A stretch of DNA of 64,000 nt from an uncultured Gammaproteobacteria bacterium (GTDB lineage Bacteria; Patescibacteriota; Patescibacteriia; Magasanikbacterales; UBA922). Position numbers and translations under genes: made by a program. The stretch spans positions 21,342 to 85,341 of the forward strand of contig CAZKAD010000001.1 of the NCBI GenBank assembly GCA_964550845.1, read 5' to 3'. Below are positions 33,310-42,277 of the stretch, piece after piece. A model generated the notes under the pieces. It did not search any database, was not told where the DNA came from, and saw only the letters and a list, made by a program, of their open reading frames with translations. How positions within the stretch are numbered: the first letter of the stretch is position 1; each line of letters starts with the position of its first letter.

Positions 33310-34415
33310 ATGAACTTCCTCATTACACACGGTCCTTGTCTTGATGGTGAAACTTGCGCTTTGTTTCTCAAACAATGGGCAGATGAGCAAAAAGAAACAT
33401 TGCAAACGGTATTTTGTTTCGCTGGGCAACTTTCAGTTGATTTGATTAAGAGGAAAATGCCTGAGAATACATGTCGAATCTTTATTTGCGATTTGACTGT
33501 GAATCAAGAAACACTCGAATATCTTAATAATCTGAACAAAGAAGTCTGGATCATCGATCATCATCGATCATCATCGATCATCATCAAAAACTTTCCAATG
33601 TTCCTGAAAAAATTACTTATCTTCATCGAGATCGTTGTGCGGCGTGGATTGTTTGGGAAAAATTTCGATCGAATTCTGAAGCAGTCACTCCAATTCTTCG
33701 GGGAGTTCAGCCTGAACTTCTTCAATATATCGACGAACAAGACCGAGGTCTTCATCACCGTCCTTATTTGAAAGAAATCATTTCTGCAGTTCATTTTGAG
33801 AAGAAGAGGATTGGACTTGAAAGAGTGTTTCAAGAATTTTCTGTCGATCGATATATTCAAATCGGAACGATTCTTGCTGAATATCGAAAAACCCAGGTCG
33901 ATGAGATGATTAAATATGGCTACAAACGAAAGTTTAATTGGAAGGGAAAAGAATATAACGTCTTGTTGATGAGTGGAGATCGAACTCTCCGAAGTGAGGG
34001 TCTCGAAGAATCAAAGGCTGACATTACCATGTTTTACACTTACGATGCAGCAACGAATGAATTTTGGGTTGCTTGTCGAAGTCAAGAACTTGATCTTTTG
34101 CCTATCATTTCAAATATCACCTGGTGTAGCGGGAATGAATTTCGAAAAGGTGGAGGGCATCCTAAAGCTTGCGGTTTTACCGTCAATCAAGCAACCACCT
34201 TCGAATTCATCACAATGATGGAAGGATCGGTGTCGCCTGCAAGTTATCATCAACCGAGTCAGACAGGATATAAAATTGAGCTACAGGGACTTGTCCCGCA
34301 AAAGTTTTGCTTTCCAATTTTCTTCCATAGTTGGATTAACGATTTGCTCAAAGCAATTGAGAAATTTGATCAAGTAATTTCTGAAGGGACTTCGAGGGTT
34401 GACGAAATTTATTAA
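33310..34415 (+). pseudogene. DHH/DHHA1 phosphoesterase disrupted by a frameshift in a 3x 10-bp repeat
   Basis: Motif I THGPCLDGETCA and motif III IIDHH lie in frame 1. Continuation ...QKLSNVPEKITYLHRDRCAAW... and DHHA1 GGGHPKACGF lie in the frame of ORF 33768..34415. The junction is at GATCATCATC x3. Confidence 0.75.
33556..33585 (+). repeat. 10-bp tandem repeat x3 (GATCATCATC, encodes DHH)
   Basis: Exact copies at 33556, 33566, 33576. Confidence 0.95.
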
Positions 34416-34525
34416 ACGTCTCTTCGAGACTAGTTAAACATCGAGACGATTGGTTAAACGTTCCGGAGGAACTGATTAAACGTTCCGGAGGAACTGATTA
34501 AACATTCCGGAGGAACTGATTAAAA
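34412..34525 (+). repeat. TTAAAC-hairpin repeat array (22-bp unit, 5 copies)
   Basis: TTAAAC at 34412, 34434, 34454, 34476, 34498. Units ttaaacgttccggaggaactga. Confidence 0.95.
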
Positions 34526-34528
34526 ATC

Positions 34529-34558
34529 TTTTTTCTTTCCTCGAAAGGAAAGAAAAAA
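34529..34558. terminator. hairpin between convergent genes (12-bp stem)
   Basis: ttttttctttcc-tcgaaa-ggaaagaaaaaa. Confidence 0.6.
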
Positions 34559-34567
34559 TAATGAAAA

Positions 34568-34798
34568 TTATCCCGAGACATTCAAAATGACTCTCAATTG
34601 GTGCCATCGTCGAGAACACTCTTCTTGATCTTTGATATTTTCAAAAAGATAAGAGTCTCCATTGGCTACAGTTCGAATTGTAATTTGACATTCATTATTA
34701 GTGTCTTCTTTCGACACTTTGATAATCTTATGAGAATTTAAAAGCTGGCCGTCGAAAACGAAAAATTTATCACTCCAAATACTTGACTTATCCGACAT
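34568..34798 (-). CDS. hypothetical protein (76 aa)
   Basis: ORF with minus-strand AAAATTGA 42 nt upstream. Confidence 0.5.
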   Translation of the reverse strand: MSDKSSIWSDKFFVFDGQLLNSHKIIKVSKEDTNNECQITIRTVANGDSYLFENIKDQEECSRRWHQLRVILNVSG

Positions 34799-34839
34799 TG
34801 ATAATTAGGATAATTATATTTTTCGTCTGGTAAGAAAAT

Positions 34840-34847
34840 TCAATTTT
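34840..34847 (-). promoter_or_regulatory. AAAATTGA promoter-like octamer (minus strand)
   Basis: 42 nt upstream of minus-strand ATG 34798. Confidence 0.6.
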
Positions 34848-34864
34848 CATACTCAATCGAGAGG

Positions 34865-35998
34865 TTAATTTACCCTCAATCCGTATCGAGCTGCAAAGAC
34901 GTTTTCCAACCGCTTCTCTTCTTTTACGGTCATAAATTGTCCATTTTGAAAATAAACCAACCAGAGAGAAGCTTCATTGTACGACAAAGTTTGAATCATT
35001 TGATCAGGAAAGAAATTAATGATTAATTCCTCTCTCAGTCGATAATCCTTGACCAATTTGTCGGCTAATGTCTTCAATGACGATCCGAGTGAAGAAGGAA
35101 AAGATGAGATTAGTCCGTCTTCTTTCAGGCAAGCATAATCAATCATTGCAATCTCTTGTGGAGCTGGTCCATCAAAACATAATGCCAAATCAAAGTCAAT
35201 GATTGCAAATCCAGATCCTGAACGAACCAAGTTTCGAATGTAGAGATCATTGTGAACAATACCAATATGATGAAGTTTTTCAACCAAGGCCACAATCTTC
35301 TTTTGCTCGGCAGATGAAAATTTTCGAGCATGATCAAACGGGGTACATTGGGCAAGAATCGCCAAACCATATTGAACCTGACCAACTTGACAAACTTGAT
35401 AAGCGAGTAATTTCGCTCCAACTCCTGCCTTCCCAGCTCGCTGGAGCATTGTCAGCTCCCATTTAAATGCATCAAATCCTCGTTCACGAAGATCGGTCAG
35501 TTTGAATACAACATTTTTACCTCCATAAACTCCCTTGAAGACAACTCCTCCAGATCCTCTTCCAATCTCATCACCTTGTCCAAAATCTGTAAGACATTTA
35601 TCCATTGATGAATACATCTTGACCTGAATTTTTTGTCCAATTTCTTGGTAATCTTCAAGAGGAGAAGTTAGCAAAGCTTCTTCAGCTTCGGTACATTCAT
35701 TAATTGAAATATTACCTCCGGTTATAAGTCGATGCAAGAGTTCTGCAACTACATCAGCTTTATTTCCTGCAATTGGAGGATTGGCTTGTTTAGCAAGTTC
35801 TTGAATCTTTTTCGCTGAAGCATGAATAATTTCGATTGCACTTGGAGTCTGCAAAGCCCGATTTCTCTTTAAGAGCCGTTCGCGAATTTCACTAATTGAA
35901 TCTGACGAATAAAACGAAACCGGATATGCCAACTTCATATTCAACTCGAGGAGAGCCTTTTTTGTCTCGGCTCGGCGGATTTTTGCTTCAAGATCCAT
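34865..35998 (-). CDS. HeH/SAP-like motifs plus protein kinase
   Basis: AKKIQELAKQANPPIAGNKADVVAELLHRL. Kinase IGRGSGGVVFKG, VVFKL, IVHNDLYIRNLV, IIDFDLA. Confidence 0.8.
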   Translation of the reverse strand: MDLEAKIRRAETKKALLELNMKLAYPVSFYSSDSISEIRERLLKRNRALQTPSAIEIIHASAKKIQELAKQANPPIAGNKADVVAELLHRLITGGNISINECTEAEEALLTSPLEDYQEIGQKIQVKMYSSMDKCLTDFGQGDEIGRGSGGVVFKGVYGGKNVVFKLTDLRERGFDAFKWELTMLQRAGKAGVGAKLLAYQVCQVGQVQYGLAILAQCTPFDHARKFSSAEQKKIVALVEKLHHIGIVHNDLYIRNLVRSGSGFAIIDFDLALCFDGPAPQEIAMIDYACLKEDGLISSFPSSLGSSLKTLADKLVKDYRLREELIINFFPDQMIQTLSYNEASLWLVYFQNGQFMTVKEEKRLENVFAARYGLRVN

Positions 35999-36038
35999 TC
36001 TTTTAAGATGAAAAAATTCCCGTAATCAAAAAAAGAAG

Positions 36039-36581
36039 ATGGATGTTCTTGAACTTTTGTCTGATTGGTGGAACGAAAAAGGTGGATATTTTGTGATTGG
36101 GTTTTTTATTTTGTTTATTTTTTGGAGATTACTTTTTCATCGGCGGAGTCTTCAAACTTCCTTTTCCGATTACCTCGACAAACAAACCGGGATCCAACGG
36201 AAATATCAACGGGGAAGTCAACCAGAAAGAGAGGCTCGAAGATTACTTGAAGAAATGTTTCAACGACCCTTTCCGTGTAGGAGACCAGACTTTTTGAAAA
36301 ATCCAGCCACTGGACGCAATCTTGAATGTGATATGTTAAATGATGAGCTGAAATTGTGTGTTGAATATCAAGGACGTCAACATGCCGTTCATACGCCTCA
36401 TTTTCATACCGCAGGACAATTTGAAGATCAGCAAGCACGAGATATTTTGAAGAAACGATTATTGAAGGAAAATGGATACAATTTAATTGAAATTCCTCAT
36501 ACGGTAAAAGGTAAGGATTTATATCCGTTCCTGAAGGTGAATTTAGCTCATTATCCTGAGTATTCGGGGTATTATACATAA
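36039..36581 (+). CDS. TM-anchored PD-(D/E)xK-like nuclease-fold protein
   Basis: GYFVIGFFILFIFWRLLF, then NLECDM...LCVEYQGRQH...ARDILKKRLLKENGYNLIEIPH. Fold call is tentative. Confidence 0.5.
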   Translation: MDVLELLSDWWNEKGGYFVIGFFILFIFWRLLFHRRSLQTSFSDYLDKQTGIQRKYQRGSQPEREARRLLEEMFQRPFPCRRPDFLKNPATGRNLECDMLNDELKLCVEYQGRQHAVHTPHFHTAGQFEDQQARDILKKRLLKENGYNLIEIPHTVKGKDLYPFLKVNLAHYPEYSGYYT

Positions 36582-36595
36582 GATGATAAGGATGC

Positions 36596-36603
36596 AAAAT
36601 TGA
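36596..36603 (+). promoter_or_regulatory. AAAATTGA promoter-like octamer
   Basis: 58 nt upstream of the recombinase ATG 36661. Confidence 0.6.
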
Positions 36604-36660
36604 AAATAATTTTGGCATTTACAAGCGAAACATGGAACGCAACTCATTTCGAAACTTGAA

Positions 36661-37644
36661 ATGACATATCGAAAAGCAATCATTTATCGACGTGTGTCGA
36701 CTGCAGCCCAGCTTAATGGAAATGCATTGTTGACACAACAATTGCAATGTGAAGAATGGATTCAAGCTAGATATCCCGAATTAGAAATCAAAACTCGAAC
36801 TGACGTCGGAAGTGGCTGGAATAAAAATAAACGAGAGCCATATCAATTGCTTGAGAAAATGCAGAATATAGTTGATTCATGCACGAAGACATTGATTGTC
36901 ATTTATTGTATCGATCGATTCCTTCGAGATGTTAAAACGGCAGAAGAAATCTTACCTAAACTCAAGGAGAATAAAAATCGAATCGTGTTTTTGCTTGAAA
37001 ATCTTGACTATCACAATTTTTCTGGCAAGGATGTCTACTTGAAAATTATTAGGGGAGTCGAATCTGCTCAAACAGAATCAGATGTTAAATCCAAACGCAT
37101 GAAAGATGCCTGGAAAACAAAATGTATGCTGGAAAACAGCCCTGAACTTGAAGATGAGGAATGGAAACTTGAATATGATTCAGAATCTGAATCTGATGAT
37201 GAAAACAAAAGTGCTTTGAATCGAAGGAAAATTGAACCTGTAAAAGTTCAAGAAACTAAACTCGTTCAAGCTCCTGCTTATCGTTTGGCTAATCGACCTC
37301 AAGCGTCGATTCAACCTCCTCAAGCGTCGATTCAACCTCCTCAAGCGTCGATTTATCAATGGCCTCCCCAATTATTGATTGACAATCACTTCGACGATCC
37401 TCTCTTTTCAAAGAAAGAGAAAATTAAAAGGTTAATTCAGACTTGTTCAGAAGGACGTTATACTATCAAATCATTGAATCAACATCTTCTTCAACTTTCT
37501 TCAGTCGCCTTTTCTCTTCAAGTCGAAGAAGTTCCAACCTCGTGGGATGGAATGGCAACTTTACTAAATCTTTTTGAGATCTGCTGGGTGCCAGAAATTC
37601 CGAAAGGAGAATGGACTGCCGAGAAAGCAAAGGCTTTTAATTAA
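36661..37644 (+). CDS. serine recombinase (resolvase/invertase catalytic domain)
   Basis: AIIYRRVSTAAQ (nucleophile Ser), IYCIDRFLRD. Internal 3x PQASIQP repeat. Confidence 0.75.
   Translation: MTYRKAIIYRRVSTAAQLNGNALLTQQLQCEEWIQARYPELEIKTRTDVGSGWNKNKREPYQLLEKMQNIVDSCTKTLIVIYCIDRFLRDVKTAEEILPKLKENKNRIVFLLENLDYHNFSGKDVYLKIIRGVESAQTESDVKSKRMKDAWKTKCMLENSPELEDEEWKLEYDSESESDDENKSALNRRKIEPVKVQETKLVQAPAYRLANRPQASIQPPQASIQPPQASIYQWPPQLLIDNHFDDPLFSKKEKIKRLIQTCSEGRYTIKSLNQHLLQLSSVAFSLQVEEVPTSWDGMATLLNLFEICWVPEIPKGEWTAEKAKAFN
37297..37356 (+). repeat. 21-bp coding tandem repeat, about 2.8 copies (PQASIQP)
   Basis: cctcaagcgtcgattcaacct at 37297, 37318, 37339. Confidence 0.9.
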
Positions 37645-37684
37645 AAGCCTTTTTATAATAACCCAAAAAACTTAAAAAAATAAT

Positions 37685-37710
37685 TTTCTTGACTCTTCGG
37701 AGTCAAGAAA
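37685..37710 (+). terminator. gene-end hairpin (11-bp stem, TTCG loop)
   Basis: tttcttgactc-ttcg-gagtcaagaaa. Confidence 0.6.
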
Positions 37711-37713
37711 TGT

Positions 37714-37721
37714 AAAATTGA
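37714..37721 (+). promoter_or_regulatory. AAAATTGA promoter-like octamer
   Basis: 36 nt upstream of ATG 37757. Confidence 0.65.
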
Positions 37722-37756
37722 TTTATATTCACTCTCTGACTTGAGTAAAGATATCA

Positions 37757-39193
37757 ATGAGTATTCGAGCTGGCTGCCGAATTCCATCAAAAGGGTTATT
37801 AATTAATTTAGATACCAAAGAGATTCTTAATTTCTCAGATCATCTTAACTTGAACATAGGAGGCATCTATGATTACTCACCTCAACGGAAATGCGGATCT
37901 CTTGATTTCCCGTCCGATGATGAAATAAAAGGATACAATATGGTTTGTTACAATGGCAAACTTGATAAGTTTGCCACAATGACTAGAAAATATATTTATT
38001 TCTGGGATCTTTCCACAATTAGAGAAAAGGTTCCTTATCAGAGATGCAAACGTCCATCCTCACCATGTGTGAATTTCGGATATCTTGATAATGAATGTGT
38101 AATTGTGCTTGAAGACGAATCTTACAAAGATATTTATACCTTATACACTTACAAAACAAATTTTGTTGGACAAAAGCTTGAATTAATTGCCAAGATTCCA
38201 ACCGAATGTGATAATATTGTGACAGATGGAAATCAAATTATAGTCGGTGACGAACATTCTTCGGTTTACTCAATTTTTGAATTTGATGAAAAACAGAGAT
38301 TGATATTTAGTGACGTCATTCAAGTTGAACAACCTGACCATTTAATAACTAGTATTTGTACGCCGAAGTTTCAGGTATTTCTATCAAATTTTCAAATGCA
38401 GATTCGCTGTAAAATCGGTAACTTTTCTACTCGAACAAGTAGCACCGTCCAAGATGCTGATCCAACTACATTATATGTTATTCGAACATATAATGTAGTT
38501 GGATCAGCATCTTCAATAATCCATTTCAACTCGTTCAATCACGATAATTTCGACTTTATTATCATCGCCAATGATTACGGTTTTGACGACGAATCTAATT
38601 TCGAGGATATTGATGAATTTTGGGATAATTATACTCCTTTGAATATCTATCGAATAAATCTCCCAAATAAAGAGATTATTCAAATCGACGAAGAAGTCGA
38701 TTACTGGGAAAATAATGATCAATTTCGAGCAGCTAGACAAATAGTTCATTATCCGGCTCATGATTTTTTAATCCTCCAAAGAGATGTTATCGAAATATGG
38801 AATCTTTTTCCTATGTTTAAGCTGTGGGCATCTGATCAAATGTTCGATAAATGGGAAAAGATTGCAATTACCAATAAACTCGAAGCAACTGGAATCACCC
38901 ATGGTGTTCAAAAAACAACCATCTTTCTTGCACCATGCATTTTTGCAAATCTGATTGCATCAGGGTTATTTGAATTAAACAAGGAGGAAATTTTAACTTC
39001 CTTTTTACAAAAAGATTTGTATGATCCTCGTTTGTTAATGACGATTTGGTCTTTTGTTTACGAGCCAAGATTGGCAAGTGGAGATTACCAGATTAATGAA
39101 ATCTCTTCAGATGATGATTCCTTAAATGAAGATGAAGATTCGTTCTTCCGTCTACGATCCATGATTGTCGAATGGAGATTACCAGATCAATAA
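37757..39193 (+). CDS. LYDPR-box family protein, type I (large), with acidic C-terminal extension
   Basis: ILTSFLQKDLYDPRLLMTIWSFVY. N-terminal region resembles ORF 460..1422. Confidence 0.8.
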   Translation: MSIRAGCRIPSKGLLINLDTKEILNFSDHLNLNIGGIYDYSPQRKCGSLDFPSDDEIKGYNMVCYNGKLDKFATMTRKYIYFWDLSTIREKVPYQRCKRPSSPCVNFGYLDNECVIVLEDESYKDIYTLYTYKTNFVGQKLELIAKIPTECDNIVTDGNQIIVGDEHSSVYSIFEFDEKQRLIFSDVIQVEQPDHLITSICTPKFQVFLSNFQMQIRCKIGNFSTRTSSTVQDADPTTLYVIRTYNVVGSASSIIHFNSFNHDNFDFIIIANDYGFDDESNFEDIDEFWDNYTPLNIYRINLPNKEIIQIDEEVDYWENNDQFRAARQIVHYPAHDFLILQRDVIEIWNLFPMFKLWASDQMFDKWEKIAITNKLEATGITHGVQKTTIFLAPCIFANLIASGLFELNKEEILTSFLQKDLYDPRLLMTIWSFVYEPRLASGDYQINEISSDDDSLNEDEDSFFRLRSMIVEWRLPDQ

Positions 39194-39319
39194 AATCTCT
39201 TTAAATGCCGATTCTCTAAACGATAATGAAGATTGACATCATCTTTTAGTATTATTTATCTCTCGAGATAGATAAAATGATTTTATTATGCGTTCTCAAA
39301 AGTAAAGACGTTCCATCCC

Positions 39320-39982
39320 ATGAATATCGATTTGTTTGACAAATTTCCTTTATCATGTCTAAAATTTAGCGGATCAATTCGGGCCCGTTATGAAAACTTT
39401 GATCAATTTGTTCAGCTTTGTTCCATTATTGCTGAGAAAAAACAGTATCACACTATACATTTCAATCAAGAAGATGCCCGAAAAACTAATTTTACTGATA
39501 TTTCAATTCAATATCATTCGATAAAGAGGATTAATGAAGTTTGTTATTCATCTGAGATGAACGTATTAAAAATAAAGAAAACAATTTTAGGCATTCGATA
39601 CATCAACATCGATAATCTTGATGTACTGCAAAAATTACTTCAGTCACCTACGTTGTATCCTGGAGCTACATTGGACATTGATATTGATTTAGATTATGAA
39701 TCAAGCAACGAAACGAAAAATATAAGCACTAAAAATGAATTGGCTGTATTGGACATGATGATTCAGTCAGAATCACCATTGAGGAATCTTGATATTAAAT
39801 ATTATGTTGGCAATCTTGGTGGAATGAGAGAATTGAATATCAGTAGCTTACTCCGATTGATGCAGTTTGTTTGCTGCGGGTTGAATCTACGTGATTATTC
39901 TACATGGTCTTCCTTTCTAACTCGAGAATTATATGATCCGAGAATACTTAGTTTAATTGCGAAATTTGCATTTTGCATGTAA
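39320..39982 (+). CDS. LYDPR-box family protein, type II
   Basis: ESPLRNL...LMQFVCCGLN...WSSFLTRELYDPRILSLIAKFAF. Confidence 0.8.
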   Translation: MNIDLFDKFPLSCLKFSGSIRARYENFDQFVQLCSIIAEKKQYHTIHFNQEDARKTNFTDISIQYHSIKRINEVCYSSEMNVLKIKKTILGIRYINIDNLDVLQKLLQSPTLYPGATLDIDIDLDYESSNETKNISTKNELAVLDMMIQSESPLRNLDIKYYVGNLGGMRELNISSLLRLMQFVCCGLNLRDYSTWSSFLTRELYDPRILSLIAKFAFCM

Positions 39983-39988
39983 AATTGA
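39981..39988 (+). promoter_or_regulatory. AAAATTGA promoter-like octamer
   Basis: 43 nt upstream of ATG 40031. Confidence 0.65.
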
Positions 39989-40030
39989 TTTCTCTTCGAG
40001 ATAAAAACAATTTATATTATAATTATAGTA

Positions 40031-40693
40031 ATGTTTTCAAACTTACATGAAATAAAATCAGAATTAGTTGGTACAATTAAAACTATTTCTCGATCAGGTG
40101 AAGAGTTTGTCAAACTTTGCGATCAACTTCAACATCTAAATCGTCATACTATTTATTTTTCGACTAATTTTCGATGGTATGCTAATGTTGATGAAAAATT
40201 GGAAGATTTTGAGGACTACGATAGCATTTTTTCTCTTACGATCATTGAATTTGGGACTCAAAATCAATTTGAATTTGAAGCTAAAACTGCCATCTTCAGA
40301 AATAAATGTGTTGAACAAATTCCCCGAATTAACCATATTGATCTCTGGCATGCAGAAGAAATGAATTATCAACTTAATTGCCCTGGTGCAACAGTCGAAC
40401 ATCATTATCGTTCGGGACATAAGAAGGAGATTCATAAAAATTATTTCATACTGCTTCATGATCTCCTCAAATCAGAATCGATGTTGCGCAATTTGAACAA
40501 TGTGGTAACCACGAAAAATGCCATTCGAATCACAGAACTTCTCTCTTTAATGAAAATCATTTGTCTTGGGCTTGTAGATGAGAGCGATTTGAATTCTTTT
40601 TTAACTCGAGAATTGTATGATCCTCGATTGTTAATTACGATTGCCGAATTTACAGATCAACATTCGATTTTAATCAGCGTCAGCCCTTTTTGA
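40031..40693 (+). CDS. LYDPR-box family protein, type II
   Basis: ESMLRNL...LMKIICLGL...NSFLTRELYDPRLLITIAEF. Confidence 0.8.
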   Translation: MFSNLHEIKSELVGTIKTISRSGEEFVKLCDQLQHLNRHTIYFSTNFRWYANVDEKLEDFEDYDSIFSLTIIEFGTQNQFEFEAKTAIFRNKCVEQIPRINHIDLWHAEEMNYQLNCPGATVEHHYRSGHKKEIHKNYFILLHDLLKSESMLRNLNNVVTTKNAIRITELLSLMKIICLGLVDESDLNSFLTRELYDPRLLITIAEFTDQHSILISVSPF

Positions 40694-40710
40694 TGTTTAA
40701 AAACAAAAAT

Positions 40711-40737
40711 GATTTCTCTCTTCTCGAAGAGAGGAAA
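40711..40737 (+). repeat. family-associated intergenic palindrome GATTTCTCTCTTCTCGAAGAGAGGAAA
   Basis: Near-identical copies at about 41457..41485, 42244..42273 and 42901..42929, each just upstream of a type II start codon. Confidence 0.85.
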
Positions 40738-40749
40738 AATAACAATCTC

Positions 40750-41460
40750 ATGTTATCTTCTCTAAAAGAATCGGGACTTGAACTCGTCGGAACATTAAAA
40801 ATTGTTTCACGCAGTTGTGATGATTTTGTCAAACTGTGCCAACAATTTGACAATCTTTATTTTCATCGCCTCTCTTTTTCGGACAATTTCGAATCATATG
40901 TACAAGAGGACAGTAGATTGATCGATTTTGAAGATCAAGACGAAATCTTTGCTCTCACGGTCGTTCAGTTCTTATCAGAATCGGAATATAAATTTAAGGT
41001 AAATAGTTATATTTTCGGAAATGAATGTAATTATCAGATTCCGAATGTTTCTGAAGTTGAACTTTGGGAAGAAAAAGAAATTGATTGTGACTTTGATTGC
41101 CCGAATGCGAGAGTTATTCACAATTATTTTCCTCGATTTGGATTGGAAGTAAATTCTGGAAAAATCTCAAGAAGTCAGGAGGTTTGTAAAAATTATTTAG
41201 TGATGCTTCAACGACTACTCACTTCGGAATCGAGATTGAGAAACTTAGACAATGTAGTGGACCGTTTTAATCATCGAATAAGAGAATTACTGCAATTAAT
41301 GAGACTTATTTGTCTTGGGCTGAATGAAGAGAATTCAAATTCGTCCTTTCGGGACTCGAATATTTTGTCTACCTTTTTGGTCAAAGATTTGTATGATCCT
41401 CGATTGCTGATTCTTATTGCACAATTTGTTGACCAATATTCAATTGTCTTTCAAAACTGA
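40750..41460 (+). CDS. LYDPR-box family protein, type II
   Basis: ESRLRNL...LMRLICLGL...STFLVKDLYDPRLLILIAQF. Start moved to ATG 40750 downstream of the palindrome. Confidence 0.8.
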   Translation: MLSSLKESGLELVGTLKIVSRSCDDFVKLCQQFDNLYFHRLSFSDNFESYVQEDSRLIDFEDQDEIFALTVVQFLSESEYKFKVNSYIFGNECNYQIPNVSEVELWEEKEIDCDFDCPNARVIHNYFPRFGLEVNSGKISRSQEVCKNYLVMLQRLLTSESRLRNLDNVVDRFNHRIRELLQLMRLICLGLNEENSNSSFRDSNILSTFLVKDLYDPRLLILIAQFVDQYSIVFQN

Positions 41461-41500
41461 TTTCTCTCTTCTCGAAGAGAGGAAAATTATTATTTCAGTT

Positions 41501-42187
41501 ATGTTCCCTGCTCTCAGCGAATTAAATCCCGAATTAATCGGAACATTTAAAATCGTCTCCCGATCAAGTGAAGATTTTATTAAACTTTGTCACAAGCTGC
41601 AGAATCAATCTCATCATATAATCTCCTTTTCGGAGAATTTTCAATCATGTATTGAAGATGACGAAAGATTGATCAATTTTGAAAACCAAAATGAAATTTT
41701 CGCCCTTACGGTGCTTGAATTCAGATCAGAAAATCAATTTCAATTAGATGTTGAGACCTTTATTTTCCGTCAGCAATGCGATTCACAAATTCCTGGTGTT
41801 TCCACGATTGAACTTTGGAGTGAAATGGAAATTAATTACCAATTTGATTGTCCCGGTGCAACGGTGGTTCATCGTTACTTTCCTTCACGTCAGAAAAATA
41901 GAATGACTGGTAAAACTACATTGATACCGCAAAGTAAAAAGTATTTCCAAATGTTGCAAAGGTTTCTTCTTTCTGAGTCGCCTTTCCGTAACTTGAATAA
42001 TGTAATTCCTCCTTATGATAGTGTTTCAGTCTCAGAACTCCTTCATTTAATGAGAATTACTTGTCTCGGTCTTGTGGATGATGGGATAATGAACTACTTT
42101 TTAACTCGTGAATTGTACGATCCTCGATTGCTATATTTGATTGCGAAGTTTGGAGATACTTATTCAATTGTGGGGGAATTGGAGTAA
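41501..42187 (+). CDS. LYDPR-box family protein, type II
   Basis: ESPFRNL...LMRITCLGL...NYFLTRELYDPRLLYLIAKF. Start at ATG 41501. Confidence 0.8.
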   Translation: MFPALSELNPELIGTFKIVSRSSEDFIKLCHKLQNQSHHIISFSENFQSCIEDDERLINFENQNEIFALTVLEFRSENQFQLDVETFIFRQQCDSQIPGVSTIELWSEMEINYQFDCPGATVVHRYFPSRQKNRMTGKTTLIPQSKKYFQMLQRFLLSESPFRNLNNVIPPYDSVSVSELLHLMRITCLGLVDDGIMNYFLTRELYDPRLLYLIAKFGDTYSIVGELE

Positions 42188-42245
42188 TCAGAGCAATAGA
42201 AGTAATCGGAGTAATCGGAGTAATCGGAGTAATCAGAGTAAAACT
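42183..42245 (+). repeat. 9-bp tandem repeat, 7 copies (AGTAATCRG)
   Basis: Starts at the stop codon of gene 41501..42187. Confidence 0.85.
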
Positions 42246-42277
42246 GATTTTCTCTCTTCTCGAAGAGAGGAAAAGTA

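Noticed and set aside
33280-34415. ORFs 33280..33771 and 33768..34415 as two separate genes
   Set aside because: They carry the N- and C-terminal motif sets of a single DHH/DHHA1 protein, and the second frame is already open from 33531. They are treated as one frameshifted gene.
36661-37644. Serine recombinase as an IS607-type mobile element
   Set aside because: There is no N-terminal MerR-type HTH, no adjacent TnpB/OrfB, and no terminal repeats that I could find. It is called only as a CDS.
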